Assembly: GCA_963705725.1 (NCBI GenBank)
Contig: CAVPKM010000018.1
Location: 4,657 to 68,656 of the forward strand
Direction of reading: 5' to 3'
Origin: an uncultured Gammaproteobacteria bacterium
GTDB taxonomy: Bacteria > Pseudomonadota > Gammaproteobacteria > UBA6002
Length of the DNA: 64,000 nucleotides
Below the pieces are notes generated by a model. The model had not been told where the DNA came from and did no database searches. It saw only the letters and a program-made list of their open reading frames with translations. Positions 10,984 to 21,730 of this stretch are shown in pieces. The position numbers were made by a program, and so were the translations under genes. Position 1 is the stretch's first letter. Every line of letters starts with the position of its first letter.

Positions 10984-12252
10984 ATGAGTAATAAATCTAA
11001 GCCACTACCTAGGCCGTTATTTGACACATTAAACAGATTAGACCAGGAATCTGATTCAGGCTTGAATGATTATCTCCTAACCTTAGCTATTCCAGAAGCA
11101 ATACAAGAATACGCGCTAACCAGCGAATTTTTACGAAGTTATAGTGGTTCATCTGATACTTTTAATGCTTATAGGCGAGAAGTAGAAAGATTTTTACAAT
11201 GCGCTTGGTTACTAATAGAAAAACCAATCAAATTAATTGATCGTAATGACATACGAGACTACCTCCTATTAATTCAAAATCCACCAAAAAACTGGATTGC
11301 CACTAAAAATGTGGCCAGATTTATTATTAAAAATGGTCGGCGCATTCCGAATTCCGAATGGAGACCATTTGTAGTCAGAATTTCAAAGGTTCTTCACAAG
11401 GAAGGAAAACGTCCAGATAAAGCACAATATCAGCTCACGAATAAATCTGTTCAAGCCTTATTTGCAGGATTAAGTACCTACTTTACCTTTTTACAGCAAG
11501 AAGGTTACCTAGAAGTCAACCCAGTCCAATTAATTAGACAAAAAAGTCGTTTTATTCAAAAAGTCCAATCTCAAAAAGTTACACGAAAGTTAAGTAATTT
11601 ACAGTGGCATGTTGTCATTGAAACTATTGAAAATTTAGCGAATCAAGACGCTTTTTATGAACGCCATCTTTTTCTCATTTCTATTTTTTATTTGTTAGGC
11701 CTGCGTATTTCAGAAGTTTCTGAAACGCCTGGCAGAATACCTAAAATGGGTGATTTCAATCCTGATAAAAATGACAGATGGTGGTTTACAACAGTCGGCA
11801 AAGGCAATAAAGTACGCGATGTTGCTGTGCCAAACGCAATGCTCGAGGCTTTAAAACGTTACCGAATAAGTAGAGGTTTAACGCCGTTACCTGGCCGTAG
11901 TGAAATTTCACCGCTTATCCATAAAGAGAAAGGAAAAGGAGGGATTGGCACAAGACAAGTGCGAAAGTTAATTCAAATTTGTTTTGATCGAGCTATTTCT
12001 CAATTGCGTTTAGCAGGTAAGGAAGATGAGGCACAGGATTTAAATTTTGCAACCGTCCACTGGCTAAGACATACTGCAATATCTGCAGATGTAGAACACA
12101 GGCCACGCGAACATGTTAGAGACGATGCCGGTCATGAAAATGCAATGATTACAGATCGCTATATTGATACGGATCGAATTTCTCGTCATGAATCCGCTAA
12201 ACTGAAACCACTCAAACCCTTACTTGAGGATAATCTGGAGAAAGAATGCTAA
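10984..12252 (+). CDS. Tyrosine site-specific recombinase (phage-integrase family), with no adjacent tRNA
   Basis: Catalytic R (GLRISE), HxxR (HWLRHTAI) and Y (ITDRYI). N-terminal SAM-like domain. Its stop overlaps the start of the malic-enzyme gene. Confidence 0.75.
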   Translation: MSNKSKPLPRPLFDTLNRLDQESDSGLNDYLLTLAIPEAIQEYALTSEFLRSYSGSSDTFNAYRREVERFLQCAWLLIEKPIKLIDRNDIRDYLLLIQNPPKNWIATKNVARFIIKNGRRIPNSEWRPFVVRISKVLHKEGKRPDKAQYQLTNKSVQALFAGLSTYFTFLQQEGYLEVNPVQLIRQKSRFIQKVQSQKVTRKLSNLQWHVVIETIENLANQDAFYERHLFLISIFYLLGLRISEVSETPGRIPKMGDFNPDKNDRWWFTTVGKGNKVRDVAVPNAMLEALKRYRISRGLTPLPGRSEISPLIHKEKGKGGIGTRQVRKLIQICFDRAISQLRLAGKEDEAQDLNFATVHWLRHTAISADVEHRPREHVRDDAGHENAMITDRYIDTDRISRHESAKLKPLKPLLEDNLEKEC

Positions 12253-13961
12253 ATTTTAAAATAAAAAAAGATAAAAATAATGAGAATGCATGGATTGAAA
12301 CTAATCTGTCTGGTAAACCGCTTTTAATGATTTCTCAGTTGAACAAAGGCACTGCATTTACCGAAGAGGAGCGACATTTATTTGGACTCGTCGGAAAACT
12401 ACCCACACGGGTGGAAGAATTACATGAACAAGCGATGAGAGCTTACTTGCAATACAAATCTTATGATTCATTACTGCAAAAAAATATCTATTTACGTAAT
12501 TTGCATAGTCATAATGAAGTTTTATTTTATAAATTAATTAATAATCATCTTGAAGAAATGATGCCGATTATTTATACCCCTATCGTTGGAACGGCTGTCA
12601 TTGAGTATAGTAAGCAATTTCGACAGCCTCGAGGTATTTATATTTCCTACCCTGATATCGATAAGATGGAAGAAATTTTATCCAATCGCAGCAATCCAGA
12701 AATCGATCTTATTGTTGTTAGCGATGGCGAGGGCGTGCTTGGCATTGGTGATCAAGGCGTGGGGGCAATGGATATTCCTGTTGCAAAACTGATGGTCTAT
12801 ACATTAGTCGCAGGCATTAATCCTTTGAATACCCTCCCCATCCTACTTGATGTTGGCACAAATAACCAAAATTTATTGGATGATCCACTTTATCTAGGTT
12901 GGCGGAACAAGCGCGTATCAGGAGAAGAGTATGAACAATTTATAGACAAATTTATTCAAGCGATAAAGCAAACCTTTCCGAATGTTTTCTTGCACTGGGA
13001 AGATTTTGGTCGTCATAATGCCAGGCGGAATTTAGAACGTTATCGCAAAGAGATATGCACGTTTAATGATGATATTCAGGGAACGGGAGTGGTGACACTT
13101 GCTGCCCTACTTGCCGCTGTAAAAGCAACAAATACACCTTTACCTTCACAAAAAATTGTGATTTTTGGAGGAGGAACCGCAGGAGTAGGTATTGCTGATC
13201 AAATTACCGATGCGATGATGCGCGATGGGTTATCTGAAGACGAAGCACATCGCTGTTTTTGGCTACTCGATCGCTCTGGTCTGATGACTGAAAAATCAAT
13301 TAAACTTTCCCCGGAACAAGCGCGTTATGCAAGAAAAGCGGAAGAAGCCGCATCTTGGGTGACGCTTCAACCGAATTACATTAGCCTCGAAGATGTGGTT
13401 AAGCATGTTCATCCAACCATCCTAATTGGTGTCTCCACTTCTGCTGGCGCTTTCACAGAATCGATTATAAAAGAAATGGCAGCCCACGTGGAAAGACCCA
13501 TTATCTTTCCTCTATCCAACCCGACAGAAAAATCTGAAGCGACACCTGAATCATTAATTCAATGGACAGAAGGTAAAGCACTAATCGCAACAGGCAGCCC
13601 CTTTGCCCCTGTTTATTATGAGGAAAAACTGATACCGATTGCACAATGTAATAATGCCCTCGTTTTTCCGGGAATTGGGCTGGGCGTGATTGCAACAAAA
13701 GCAAAAGAAGTCACAGAAGAAATGTTGTGGGCTGCTTGTCAAAAAACCGTTTCCTGTTCACCTATTTTGAGAGAACCAAATGGTGCCTTGTTACCAAAAT
13801 TTGATCAAGCTTCTGAATTATCACGTGAAATTGCAATTAGTGTCGCAGAAGTAGCCATTCGTGAAGGCCTAGCGCGTATAGATCCGCTGGAATCACCGGA
13901 AAAATTGGTCGATCAAGCGATTTGGGAACCACATTACCTCCCTTATAAAAAAATCGAATAA
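12246..13961 (+). CDS. maeA: NAD-dependent malic enzyme
   Basis: NKGTAFTEEER N-terminal motif and GxGxxG NAD sites (GGGTAGVG). Full-length match. Confidence 0.9.
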   Translation: MLNFKIKKDKNNENAWIETNLSGKPLLMISQLNKGTAFTEEERHLFGLVGKLPTRVEELHEQAMRAYLQYKSYDSLLQKNIYLRNLHSHNEVLFYKLINNHLEEMMPIIYTPIVGTAVIEYSKQFRQPRGIYISYPDIDKMEEILSNRSNPEIDLIVVSDGEGVLGIGDQGVGAMDIPVAKLMVYTLVAGINPLNTLPILLDVGTNNQNLLDDPLYLGWRNKRVSGEEYEQFIDKFIQAIKQTFPNVFLHWEDFGRHNARRNLERYRKEICTFNDDIQGTGVVTLAALLAAVKATNTPLPSQKIVIFGGGTAGVGIADQITDAMMRDGLSEDEAHRCFWLLDRSGLMTEKSIKLSPEQARYARKAEEAASWVTLQPNYISLEDVVKHVHPTILIGVSTSAGAFTESIIKEMAAHVERPIIFPLSNPTEKSEATPESLIQWTEGKALIATGSPFAPVYYEEKLIPIAQCNNALVFPGIGLGVIATKAKEVTEEMLWAACQKTVSCSPILREPNGALLPKFDQASELSREIAISVAEVAIREGLARIDPLESPEKLVDQAIWEPHYLPYKKIE

Positions 13962-13987
13962 CTATTCAGAACAGAAGGAATCAAGGT

Positions 13988-15430
13988 ATGGAAACTAAAA
14001 TTGTGCCTGTTATTTTAGCGGGAGGCTCTGGTACGAGATTATGGCCCCTATCGCGAGAAAATTTTCCAAAACAATTCTTGAACTTGATTGGAAAGCATTC
14101 TCTTTTGCAAGAAACACTGCTACGCGTAAAAAAAGCCACAGATTGTCAGGAACTGATTATCATTACCAATGAAGCACATTATTTTCTTTGTCAAGACCAG
14201 TTAGCTCAAATTGGTTTTGATAATGCCAAATATATTTTAGAAACTTGTGCGCGCAATACTGCGCCTGCCATCGCAATCGCAGCTCAATATGTATTTGAAT
14301 ATATTAATCCTCAGGCAAATCTCTTAGTGCTGCCGGCTGACCACCTCATTGTAGAGACAGAGACTTTCAAAGAAGTCATACAACACGCGGAAAAAAATCT
14401 TGAGAAAGGTTCATTGACAATTTTTGGCATTTCCCCTAATGCGCCTAAAACTGGCTATGGCTATATTGAGAAGGGTGAAGCGCTAATACCCGGTATTTTT
14501 AGAGTAAAGAGATTTGTAGAAAAACCCAATCTTGAAACTGCTTTGCAATATTGTCAAAGCGGAAATTATTATTGGAATAGCGGCATGTTTTTATTTCAGC
14601 CTAAAACCTATTTAGATGAATTAAGAAAACATTCACCTATTATTCATGATCATGCTGTTCGAGCTTATCAACATAGCTTAAGAAAAAAGGATTATTTTCG
14701 TGTTGATAAACCTATTTTTACAGAATGTCCTAGTGATTCCATCGATTATGCGGTAATGGAAAAAACCGATATTGCCGTAATGGTAGAGCTCAATCTTTCC
14801 TGGTATGACCTAGGTTGCTGGGCATCGGTAGCAGAAGCGGGTGAGAAAGATGAAAACAATAATTTTGTTAAGGGTAATGTTCATTTGGAACAAAGTAAAA
14901 ATTGTTTGATTTCATCTGATGATAAATTAGTTTCTGCCATTGGGCTTGAAAACCAAATAGTAATTTGTACCGCAGATGCCGTTCTGGTTGCAGATAAGCG
15001 TTATTCTCAAGATGTCAAATCTGTAGTTGCCAAATTAAAAGCCCAAAGCAACCCGATAGCAGCAGACCATAAAAAAGTTTTTCGACCATGGGGTTATTAT
15101 CAAACATTAATTTCTGGCCCTTGTTACCAGGTAAAATATATTATGGTCAAGCCTGGCGGAAAATTATCCTTACAGCTTCATGCACATCGATGTGAACATT
15201 GGGTAGTAGTCAACGGTGAAGCTTTTATTCAAAATGGAGAAAAAGTTCTCACCCTTTATGAGAACCAATCTACTTATATTAATAAGGGAACCAAGCATCG
15301 TTTATCCAATATCACCGATAATCCCTTATGCATTATTGAAGTCCAAGTCGGCGAGTATTTAGGAGAAGATGATATTATTCGTTTTGAAGATATCTATGAG
15401 CGCACCGAAGCACTAGGGCCGGTGAAATGA
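13988..15430 (+). CDS. manC: Mannose-1-phosphate guanylyltransferase / mannose-6-phosphate isomerase (type II PMI, bifunctional)
   Basis: N-terminal NTP-transferase GGSGTRLWPLS motif. C-terminal cupin PMI domain. Confidence 0.85.
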   Translation: METKIVPVILAGGSGTRLWPLSRENFPKQFLNLIGKHSLLQETLLRVKKATDCQELIIITNEAHYFLCQDQLAQIGFDNAKYILETCARNTAPAIAIAAQYVFEYINPQANLLVLPADHLIVETETFKEVIQHAEKNLEKGSLTIFGISPNAPKTGYGYIEKGEALIPGIFRVKRFVEKPNLETALQYCQSGNYYWNSGMFLFQPKTYLDELRKHSPIIHDHAVRAYQHSLRKKDYFRVDKPIFTECPSDSIDYAVMEKTDIAVMVELNLSWYDLGCWASVAEAGEKDENNNFVKGNVHLEQSKNCLISSDDKLVSAIGLENQIVICTADAVLVADKRYSQDVKSVVAKLKAQSNPIAADHKKVFRPWGYYQTLISGPCYQVKYIMVKPGGKLSLQLHAHRCEHWVVVNGEAFIQNGEKVLTLYENQSTYINKGTKHRLSNITDNPLCIIEVQVGEYLGEDDIIRFEDIYERTEALGPVK

Positions 15431-17224
15431 GGGTACTTCACATGATTCCTCTCGTTTATCAACATTTGGCAAAGCTTTTAAAATACGAACTTTTAGCTTC
15501 TCGATATGCTTATCAAGGTTTGGCGTCTTAATTGAATCTCTTTCTAATTCAAAAGATTCAAACATGGCTTCAGTAAAATATTTTGCGCTTTTTGGCACAG
15601 ACTGAATGCAATTTTCAATTTCTGAAATCGATATAAAATAAAACGTTTCTAGCAACATCCATTCTTTTCCCTCAACAAAATTGTTTAACTCTTTGATAAA
15701 GGTAGGAGATTGCAATAAATACTTCATTATAATTGGATGCCAGTCACTTTCAGCAACATTTTGTAAAAAAACTTTTTCCCAAAATTGCATATTATCATTC
15801 AATAACCAAGCTAAGGCTGCATTCACTATGCGTTTAACACAGACAAAATCAATTATCGCTATTTTATCAGAAAGTAGCTGGCTATTTTGTTCTCCTTTGT
15901 TAATCGTTTCATCTTTGAAAAGCTGATTAAGTAGGTAGTGGTGATGATTATCAATTTCCGGATAATAAAAGCGATTTCTTTTTAAAAAGAATATTAGCTG
16001 AGATAAAGCCAATTTTGCATCAAGTCCTGCTTTAGCCATCACTCCGGGCATAGCCTCGGCAAGCAGTTCAAGCCAAACTGTCTGATAATACGACGCTAAT
16101 TGAGGGTGTGTTATGGGTTCAAACAAGCACAAAAAAGTCTTTACTTCTTGATTACAGGTATATTTATAAGCCAAGGCGGTGAGTAAGCGGTGGGCTTGAA
16201 GTTCCAGTGTATCATGTAGTGAAGGTGCTATTTGCTCGTTAAATCCAGGATAATAATGATTAATAGCAAGAAGCATGGAGGTCATTTCAACAGGATTACA
16301 TTCATCAATTTCATTGGATTCATGGAATATATTATTCCCCATAATCGTTCTCTCAAAGAAAGGAATGGGGTTATTAATAAAATCTTTTGTCTTTTCAAGG
16401 TATCTGATTGTTTCAGGAGGACTTGGTTGTGTGGCTTTTTCTAAAAATTGTTTAAAATAATAGTAATGATGAATATTGAAATTTTCAGGCTTCTTTTTAA
16501 TGGAATCCGGCATGATATTATCCATATCATATAAAATTTTTTTAATTTCATCATTATCGCTGTTTTCAGTAGCGATCTTTATTTGCCGAGTAAGTTCTCT
16601 TAGCTTACAGTTTCGATTTACTAGCTGTTCAACTAATGAATTAGACCCGTTTTGAACCCAGAAGCCACTTCGAACCGCATTAAAACTAGCAAGACCTAGG
16701 TTTAGGTTAGTTAAGAAAATGTTGTCACTTACCGCTTGGCAAATTGTTTGTATTCCTGCAACACTCATATCACCGAGAATCTCAAGAGTCTTGAGTCGAA
16801 ATTTTGATTTAAGCGTAGCAGCCAGAGTTAACACCCCTACATCACCAATTTGACAATTGTGTAGGCGTAAAGCGGTTAAGTCAGAATGATGTTTAAGTAC
16901 ATTAGCAAGTAAAATAATATCACTCTCAACTAAAGACCAATCAATTAAAATCACACTCAAATGAAATTGCTTGCAGATAGCAATTATTTTAGGGATAAGC
17001 AATCTTTGTAACTTTTCCCACATTGGCGGCAATAAGGCGGCTGAAAATTCATTACTACATTTAAGATGGATGCAATTTAATGTCCTTGATATTTTAGAAA
17101 GTATCAATTGAATATGATCGATTTGATGTTGAATGCTATCTAATACTGGAGAAAGATTATCGCAGTCTTTTTCATTAGCGTAATAATCTAATACTTTTTG
17201 AAGAAGTTCGTTAATTTCTTGCAT
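15413..17224 (-). CDS. Leucine-rich-repeat protein, ribonuclease-inhibitor (RNI/NLR) type; eukaryotic-like
   Basis: Repeats of the LxxLxLxxNxIGDxG type (LTALRLHNCQIGDVGVLTLAATLKS..., LTNLNLGLASFNAV). No other recognisable domain. Confidence 0.6.
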   Translation of the reverse strand: MQEINELLQKVLDYYANEKDCDNLSPVLDSIQHQIDHIQLILSKISRTLNCIHLKCSNEFSAALLPPMWEKLQRLLIPKIIAICKQFHLSVILIDWSLVESDIILLANVLKHHSDLTALRLHNCQIGDVGVLTLAATLKSKFRLKTLEILGDMSVAGIQTICQAVSDNIFLTNLNLGLASFNAVRSGFWVQNGSNSLVEQLVNRNCKLRELTRQIKIATENSDNDEIKKILYDMDNIMPDSIKKKPENFNIHHYYYFKQFLEKATQPSPPETIRYLEKTKDFINNPIPFFERTIMGNNIFHESNEIDECNPVEMTSMLLAINHYYPGFNEQIAPSLHDTLELQAHRLLTALAYKYTCNQEVKTFLCLFEPITHPQLASYYQTVWLELLAEAMPGVMAKAGLDAKLALSQLIFFLKRNRFYYPEIDNHHHYLLNQLFKDETINKGEQNSQLLSDKIAIIDFVCVKRIVNAALAWLLNDNMQFWEKVFLQNVAESDWHPIIMKYLLQSPTFIKELNNFVEGKEWMLLETFYFISISEIENCIQSVPKSAKYFTEAMFESFELERDSIKTPNLDKHIEKLKVRILKALPNVDKREESCEVPSFHRP

Positions 17225-17238
17225 AGTAACTCAATTAA

Positions 17239-17700
17239 TTAATTTTTTTTAGGGGAGAAGAAATAATCCAGTGAAAAAATATCGTGACGGTTAGAAGCAA
17301 TTAATAAAAAAATAACTAATGCCAAACGAGAAAAAGTCAGCCCTTGTGAAATATTATACAGTGGATCGATTAGTGAGTGTCCATAGGTGGTGACAATCAG
17401 TAATAAACCGGAAAGAAATGCCACTTCGCGTGCTTTAAATCCTATGCAAAATAAGATCGCAAATAATAACTCAAAAAAAGGTATCGATAATCCCAAGGTC
17501 CATAAGATAAAGTGAGGTATCCAAGTATTTTGGAAATTGGTAATAAAAAATTTTTCTGCATGACCAATTGGAGTCAGCACCCAAATTTTCCAGATAGCTG
17601 CATTTAAAAAGGAAATACCCAGTACTAAACGCGCAATGGTGTAAGCGAATCCCTTTGCTAATTCATCTGATAATTTGAATTTTTTTAATTTTAAAAACAT
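17239..17700 (-). CDS. DoxX-like integral membrane protein
   Basis: Four predicted TM helices. Paralogous arrangement with the adjacent DoxX gene. Confidence 0.4.
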   Translation of the reverse strand: MFLKLKKFKLSDELAKGFAYTIARLVLGISFLNAAIWKIWVLTPIGHAEKFFITNFQNTWIPHFILWTLGLSIPFFELLFAILFCIGFKAREVAFLSGLLLIVTTYGHSLIDPLYNISQGLTFSRLALVIFLLIASNRHDIFSLDYFFSPKKN

Positions 17701-17712
17701 GCTCTAGCTGCT

Positions 17713-17748
17713 CACGGGTAAGAGTCTGTTCAACGCACAAATGTTATA
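17713..17748. repeat. Dispersed intergenic repeat, degenerate copy (GGGTAAGAGTCTGTTCAACGCACAAATGTT)
   Basis: Shares the GTTCA(A/G)CGCACAAA(C/T)GTT core with the copies at 18273 and 4875. Confidence 0.5.
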
Positions 17749-18148
17749 GAGAGTACCGCCCTACTCCGTATACCATAATGAAAATTGCTCCACCGATTAT
17801 TGAAATATTTTTCATAAAATGATTCAGTTGATTCTGAAATTCAAGCGGGTCTGAATAGGTCCAAAATCGATGAAAAATAATCGTTGCAAACAAGGTGAAT
17901 AGTAAAATCAACCAAGCACCCCATCTTGCCTTCAAACCTGAAATAATCATAAAACCAGCAATTAATTCCAAAGTAATAACCAAAATTAATAGGATTCTTG
18001 GATAAGGAAGCCCAAAAGATTGCATGTAGTTAAGACTTCTTTGCGCATAAATAATTTTATTATAAATCGCGTCTTGAAAGCAGAAAACTGCAACAAACAA
18101 CACACGCGCTATCACAAGAGAAATGTTTTGAATAACTTCCAAATTCAT
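17744..18148 (-). CDS. DoxX family membrane protein
   Basis: Typical DoxX topology and size (134 aa). Confidence 0.6.
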   Translation of the reverse strand: MNLEVIQNISLVIARVLFVAVFCFQDAIYNKIIYAQRSLNYMQSFGLPYPRILLILVITLELIAGFMIISGLKARWGAWLILLFTLFATIIFHRFWTYSDPLEFQNQLNHFMKNISIIGGAIFIMVYGVGRYSL

Positions 18149-18272
18149 CCTTTCCTTATCGTAACCTTAACAAATAAAGAAATAATAAAGCGGAATATGC
18201 ATATTTTCAATAAAAATATAATATCTTTATGTATTATATAGGCATTTGCTAATTATAAGCAAACATAAGCTC

Positions 18273-18300
18273 GCGGGGTAACGCACAAACGTTCATATTA
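18273..18300. repeat. Dispersed intergenic repeat copy (GCGGGGTAACGCACAAACGTTCATATTA) at the pyrD 3' end
   Basis: Contains AACGTTCATATT, which is shared with the 50121 copy, plus the ACGCACAAA core. Confidence 0.5.
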
Positions 18301-19300
18301 TACTTTTGCAACACTTTGAAATCAGAGAAGGCCCTTGATAAATGAGTCCAGTATAAAGCTGCACTAAATCGGCGCCTGCCTTAAATTTTTCAATAGCTTG
18401 CTCGGGAGACATCACGCCTCCGCTTGCAATTAGCGAAATAGCATGACCAGTAGTCAATCGTTTGAATTCACTGAGGACTTGAGTGGATAGCTCAAATATC
18501 GGCTCACCGCTCAATCCGCCTGTTTCAGCAGCCAATGGCTGGGCTTTAATTTTAGTACGGTCAATGGCAGTATTGGTCGCGATAATACCGTCAACATGGT
18601 GTTGAATAAAAATAGCCGCCATTTCCTCTATTTGAGCTTGATTCAAGTCAGGAGAAACTTTAACCACAATAGGGACATAGCGATTTTGGGTTTGAGACAA
18701 CGCAAGTTGTCGATCTTTCAAGGCAGCAAGCAAGCTCGATAGATAAGCGCTGCCTTGAAGATCTCGCAAACCAGTGGTATTAGGAGAGGAAATATTCACC
18801 GTGACATAGCTGGCATAGGGATGAACTTTATCATAACAGAAGCAGTAGTCGTCAATTGCATGGTCAAGCGGGGTGCTAGCATTTTTTCCGATATTAATAC
18901 CAATTACGCCTAAATTATTTTGCTTCTCGAGCATCGCGACGAGATGATCCACCCCTTTATTGTTAAAACCCATTCGGTTAATCAAAGCCTGATTTGTTTC
19001 GAGTCGAAATAGCCTCGGTTTAACATTTCCTGGCTGGGGTTTTGGAGTAACGGTTCCAATTTCAATAAATCCAAAACCGAGCTTACAGAGTGCCTTAATA
19101 TAATCCCCATTTTTATCTAAACCGGCAGCAAGTCCAATAGGATTTGGGAAATCTATGCCAAATACTTTTCTTGGCAAAGGAATAGTTTTCCGGTGCAGAC
19201 AACCCAGTATTTCAAGTAGCTTAATCGCTTTTAAAGAAAAATTATGGGACAATTCAGGTTCTAACTGAAAAAGGATGGAACGAATTAGCTTATAAATCAT
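18293..19300 (-). CDS. pyrD: Dihydroorotate dehydrogenase (quinone), class 2
   Basis: N-terminal membrane-associated helix and FMN-binding TIM barrel ([16 protein letters not shown]; ASGGV). Confidence 0.9.
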   Translation of the reverse strand: MIYKLIRSILFQLEPELSHNFSLKAIKLLEILGCLHRKTIPLPRKVFGIDFPNPIGLAAGLDKNGDYIKALCKLGFGFIEIGTVTPKPQPGNVKPRLFRLETNQALINRMGFNNKGVDHLVAMLEKQNNLGVIGINIGKNASTPLDHAIDDYCFCYDKVHPYASYVTVNISSPNTTGLRDLQGSAYLSSLLAALKDRQLALSQTQNRYVPIVVKVSPDLNQAQIEEMAAIFIQHHVDGIIATNTAIDRTKIKAQPLAAETGGLSGEPIFELSTQVLSEFKRLTTGHAISLIASGGVMSPEQAIEKFKAGADLVQLYTGLIYQGPSLISKCCKSII

Positions 19301-19349
19301 TAATACTCACTCTTCACAACAGACGATTAGAATACGAAGGATCGACCCA

Positions 19350-20510
19350 ATGTTACAAGGATTAACTATTCAACAAGATGAAACCACACACCTCTTACGA
19401 GAAGCAATCCAAAATTTTGTCCAAAGTGAAATCACACCCATTGCAAGTAATATTGATCAAGAAAACACCTTTCCAAGACATTTGTGGCCAAAACTGGGCA
19501 GCTTAGGCTTATTGGGTATAACTGTTGAAGAAGCATTCGGTGGCTCCGGCATGGGTTATTTGCAACATGTCATTGCCATGGAAGAAATTAGTCGTGGCTC
19601 GGGGGCAATTGGACTGAGCTATGGAGCACATTCAAATCTCTGCGTGAATCAAATTCGACGATTTGCCACTCCAAAACAGAAGCAATGTTACCTACCAAAA
19701 CTTTGTAGCGGCGAATATGTGGGAGCCCTTGCCATGAGCGAAACTGGCTCCGGCTCAGATGTAGTCAGCATGCAACTACGTGCAAATAAACGGGGTTCTC
19801 ACTATGTGCTAAATGGGACTAAAATGTGGGTGACTAATGGCCCGGATGCCGATGTGTTAGTTGTTTATGCTAAAACTGATCCTGACGCAAAATCTCATGG
19901 AATTACCGCCTTCGTCATTGAACGATCTTTTAAAGGGTTCGCGACTGCACAAAAATTAGATAAATTAGGCATGCGCGGTTCAAATACCTGCGAACTCGTT
20001 TTTGAAGACTGCGAAGTGCCAGAAGAAAATATACTAGGCGAGCTCAATGATGGGATAAATGTATTAATGAGCGGACTGGATTATGAAAGAGTGGTGTTGG
20101 CAGGCGGGCCTTTAGGCTTAATGCAAAATGCACTAGATATTGTTCTACCCTATATTCATGAACGAAAACAATTTGGAAAAGCTATTGGGAAATTTGAACT
20201 GATTCAAGCAAAAATTGCGGATATGTATTGCACATTAAGCGCATGCCGTGCCTACGTTTATGCCGTTGCAAACGCTTGTGATCAAGAAAAAATTACCCGA
20301 CAAGACGCGGCAGGCGCCATTCTTTACACTGCAGAAAAAGCCACCCAGGTAGCATTAGAGGCGATCCAATGTTTAGGGGGAAATGGATATATCAACGACT
20401 ATCCAACAGGAAGGTTGTTGCGCGATGCCAAACTTTATGAAATCGGTGCAGGAACCTCAGAAATTCGGCGCATTCTAATTGGTAGAGAATTATTCAGTCA
20501 ACATGAGTAA
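19350..20510 (+). CDS. Isovaleryl-CoA dehydrogenase (acyl-CoA dehydrogenase family)
   Basis: ACAD N, middle and C-terminal domains. Sits in a cluster with MCC subunits. Confidence 0.85.
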   Translation: MLQGLTIQQDETTHLLREAIQNFVQSEITPIASNIDQENTFPRHLWPKLGSLGLLGITVEEAFGGSGMGYLQHVIAMEEISRGSGAIGLSYGAHSNLCVNQIRRFATPKQKQCYLPKLCSGEYVGALAMSETGSGSDVVSMQLRANKRGSHYVLNGTKMWVTNGPDADVLVVYAKTDPDAKSHGITAFVIERSFKGFATAQKLDKLGMRGSNTCELVFEDCEVPEENILGELNDGINVLMSGLDYERVVLAGGPLGLMQNALDIVLPYIHERKQFGKAIGKFELIQAKIADMYCTLSACRAYVYAVANACDQEKITRQDAAGAILYTAEKATQVALEAIQCLGGNGYINDYPTGRLLRDAKLYEIGAGTSEIRRILIGRELFSQHE

Positions 20511-20529
20511 CGACAACTAGGGGAAGAGA

Positions 20530-21723
20530 ATGTCAGAAATCGTTTATATTACAAGTGCTACTCGAACGCCAATTGGTCATTTTCAAGGTAAATTAAAAAA
20601 TTTTTCCGCTACAGACTTGGGTGCGATAGCGATAAAATCTGCAATTTTGCAAGCTAACTTATCTTATCAAGACCCGGATAGTGTCGTAATGGGTTGTGTT
20701 TTATCTGCTGGATTAGGGCAGGCTCCTGCCAGACAAGCGGCAATCCAGGCTGGCCTGCCAGCTAGTATAGATTGCACCACCATCAATAAAATGTGTGGTT
20801 CAGGAATGAAGGCCATCATGCTAGGCCACGACTTATTACAACAGCAGGAAGCGCGCATCATCATCGCAGGAGGCATGGAAAGCATGACCAATGCGCCATA
20901 CCTCTTGCCAAAAGCAAGAGCGGGTTATCGTCTTGGCCATCAACAAGTCATCGACCATATGTTTTATGATGGTTTAGAAGACGCTTATGAAAATGGCGTA
21001 TTAATGGGAGTTTTTGCTGACCGCTGCGCTGTTCAAGAAGCAATCAGTCGGGAAGAACAGGATAACTTTGCACTCGCTTCCTATGAACGAGCAAGGCTTG
21101 CGGTTAAACATGGACGCTTTACTCAAGAAATTACCCAGGTAGAACACAACACAGGAAAAAATCTAGAATGGATTAAAGAAGATGAAGGACCTTCACAAGC
21201 CAAGCCTGAAAAAATTCCCTTGCTTCGCCCCGCATTCACTAAAGATGGGACGGTCACAGCAGCAAGCTCAAGTTCAATCTCAGATGGTGCAGCAGCTGTC
21301 ACATTAATGACACTCCCTACTGCGATGAAGCATCATCTTCAGCCCTTAGCCAAAATTGTTTCTCATTCCACACATTCACAAGCGCCTGATTTATTTACTA
21401 CAGCACCGGTATTTGCCATTAAAAAATTACTCAAAAAAATTAATTGGCGAGCAGAAGAAGTAGACTTATGGGAAATTAATGAAGCTTTTGCGGTCGTCGT
21501 GTTGAATGCCATCCATTCTCTTAATCTTTCACCGAAAAAAGTCAACATCAATGGAGGAGCATGTGTACTCGGACATCCTATCGGCGCTTCTGGCGCACGT
21601 ATTGTTGTCACCCTTGCTCATGCCTTACAACAGCAGAATTTAAAACGCGGCATTGCAGCACTTTGCATAGGTGGCGGCGAAGCAACAGCGATTGCAATCG
21701 AACGAAACGAATTTACCAAATGA
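20530..21723 (+). CDS. Acetyl-CoA C-acetyltransferase (thiolase II)
   Basis: Thiolase active-site Cys region ([10 protein letters not shown]). C-terminal [11 protein letters not shown] signature. Confidence 0.85.
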   Translation: MSEIVYITSATRTPIGHFQGKLKNFSATDLGAIAIKSAILQANLSYQDPDSVVMGCVLSAGLGQAPARQAAIQAGLPASIDCTTINKMCGSGMKAIMLGHDLLQQQEARIIIAGGMESMTNAPYLLPKARAGYRLGHQQVIDHMFYDGLEDAYENGVLMGVFADRCAVQEAISREEQDNFALASYERARLAVKHGRFTQEITQVEHNTGKNLEWIKEDEGPSQAKPEKIPLLRPAFTKDGTVTAASSSSISDGAAAVTLMTLPTAMKHHLQPLAKIVSHSTHSQAPDLFTTAPVFAIKKLLKKINWRAEEVDLWEINEAFAVVVLNAIHSLNLSPKKVNINGGACVLGHPIGASGARIVVTLAHALQQQNLKRGIAALCIGGGEATAIAIERNEFTK

Positions 21724-21730
21724 AAATACT

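Noticed and set aside
21671-21730. Upstream extension of the MCC-beta ORF into the thiolase gene
   Set aside because: The extension overlaps the thiolase C-terminus in another frame. The conserved carboxyltransferase N-terminus begins at MSKINSEI (21731).
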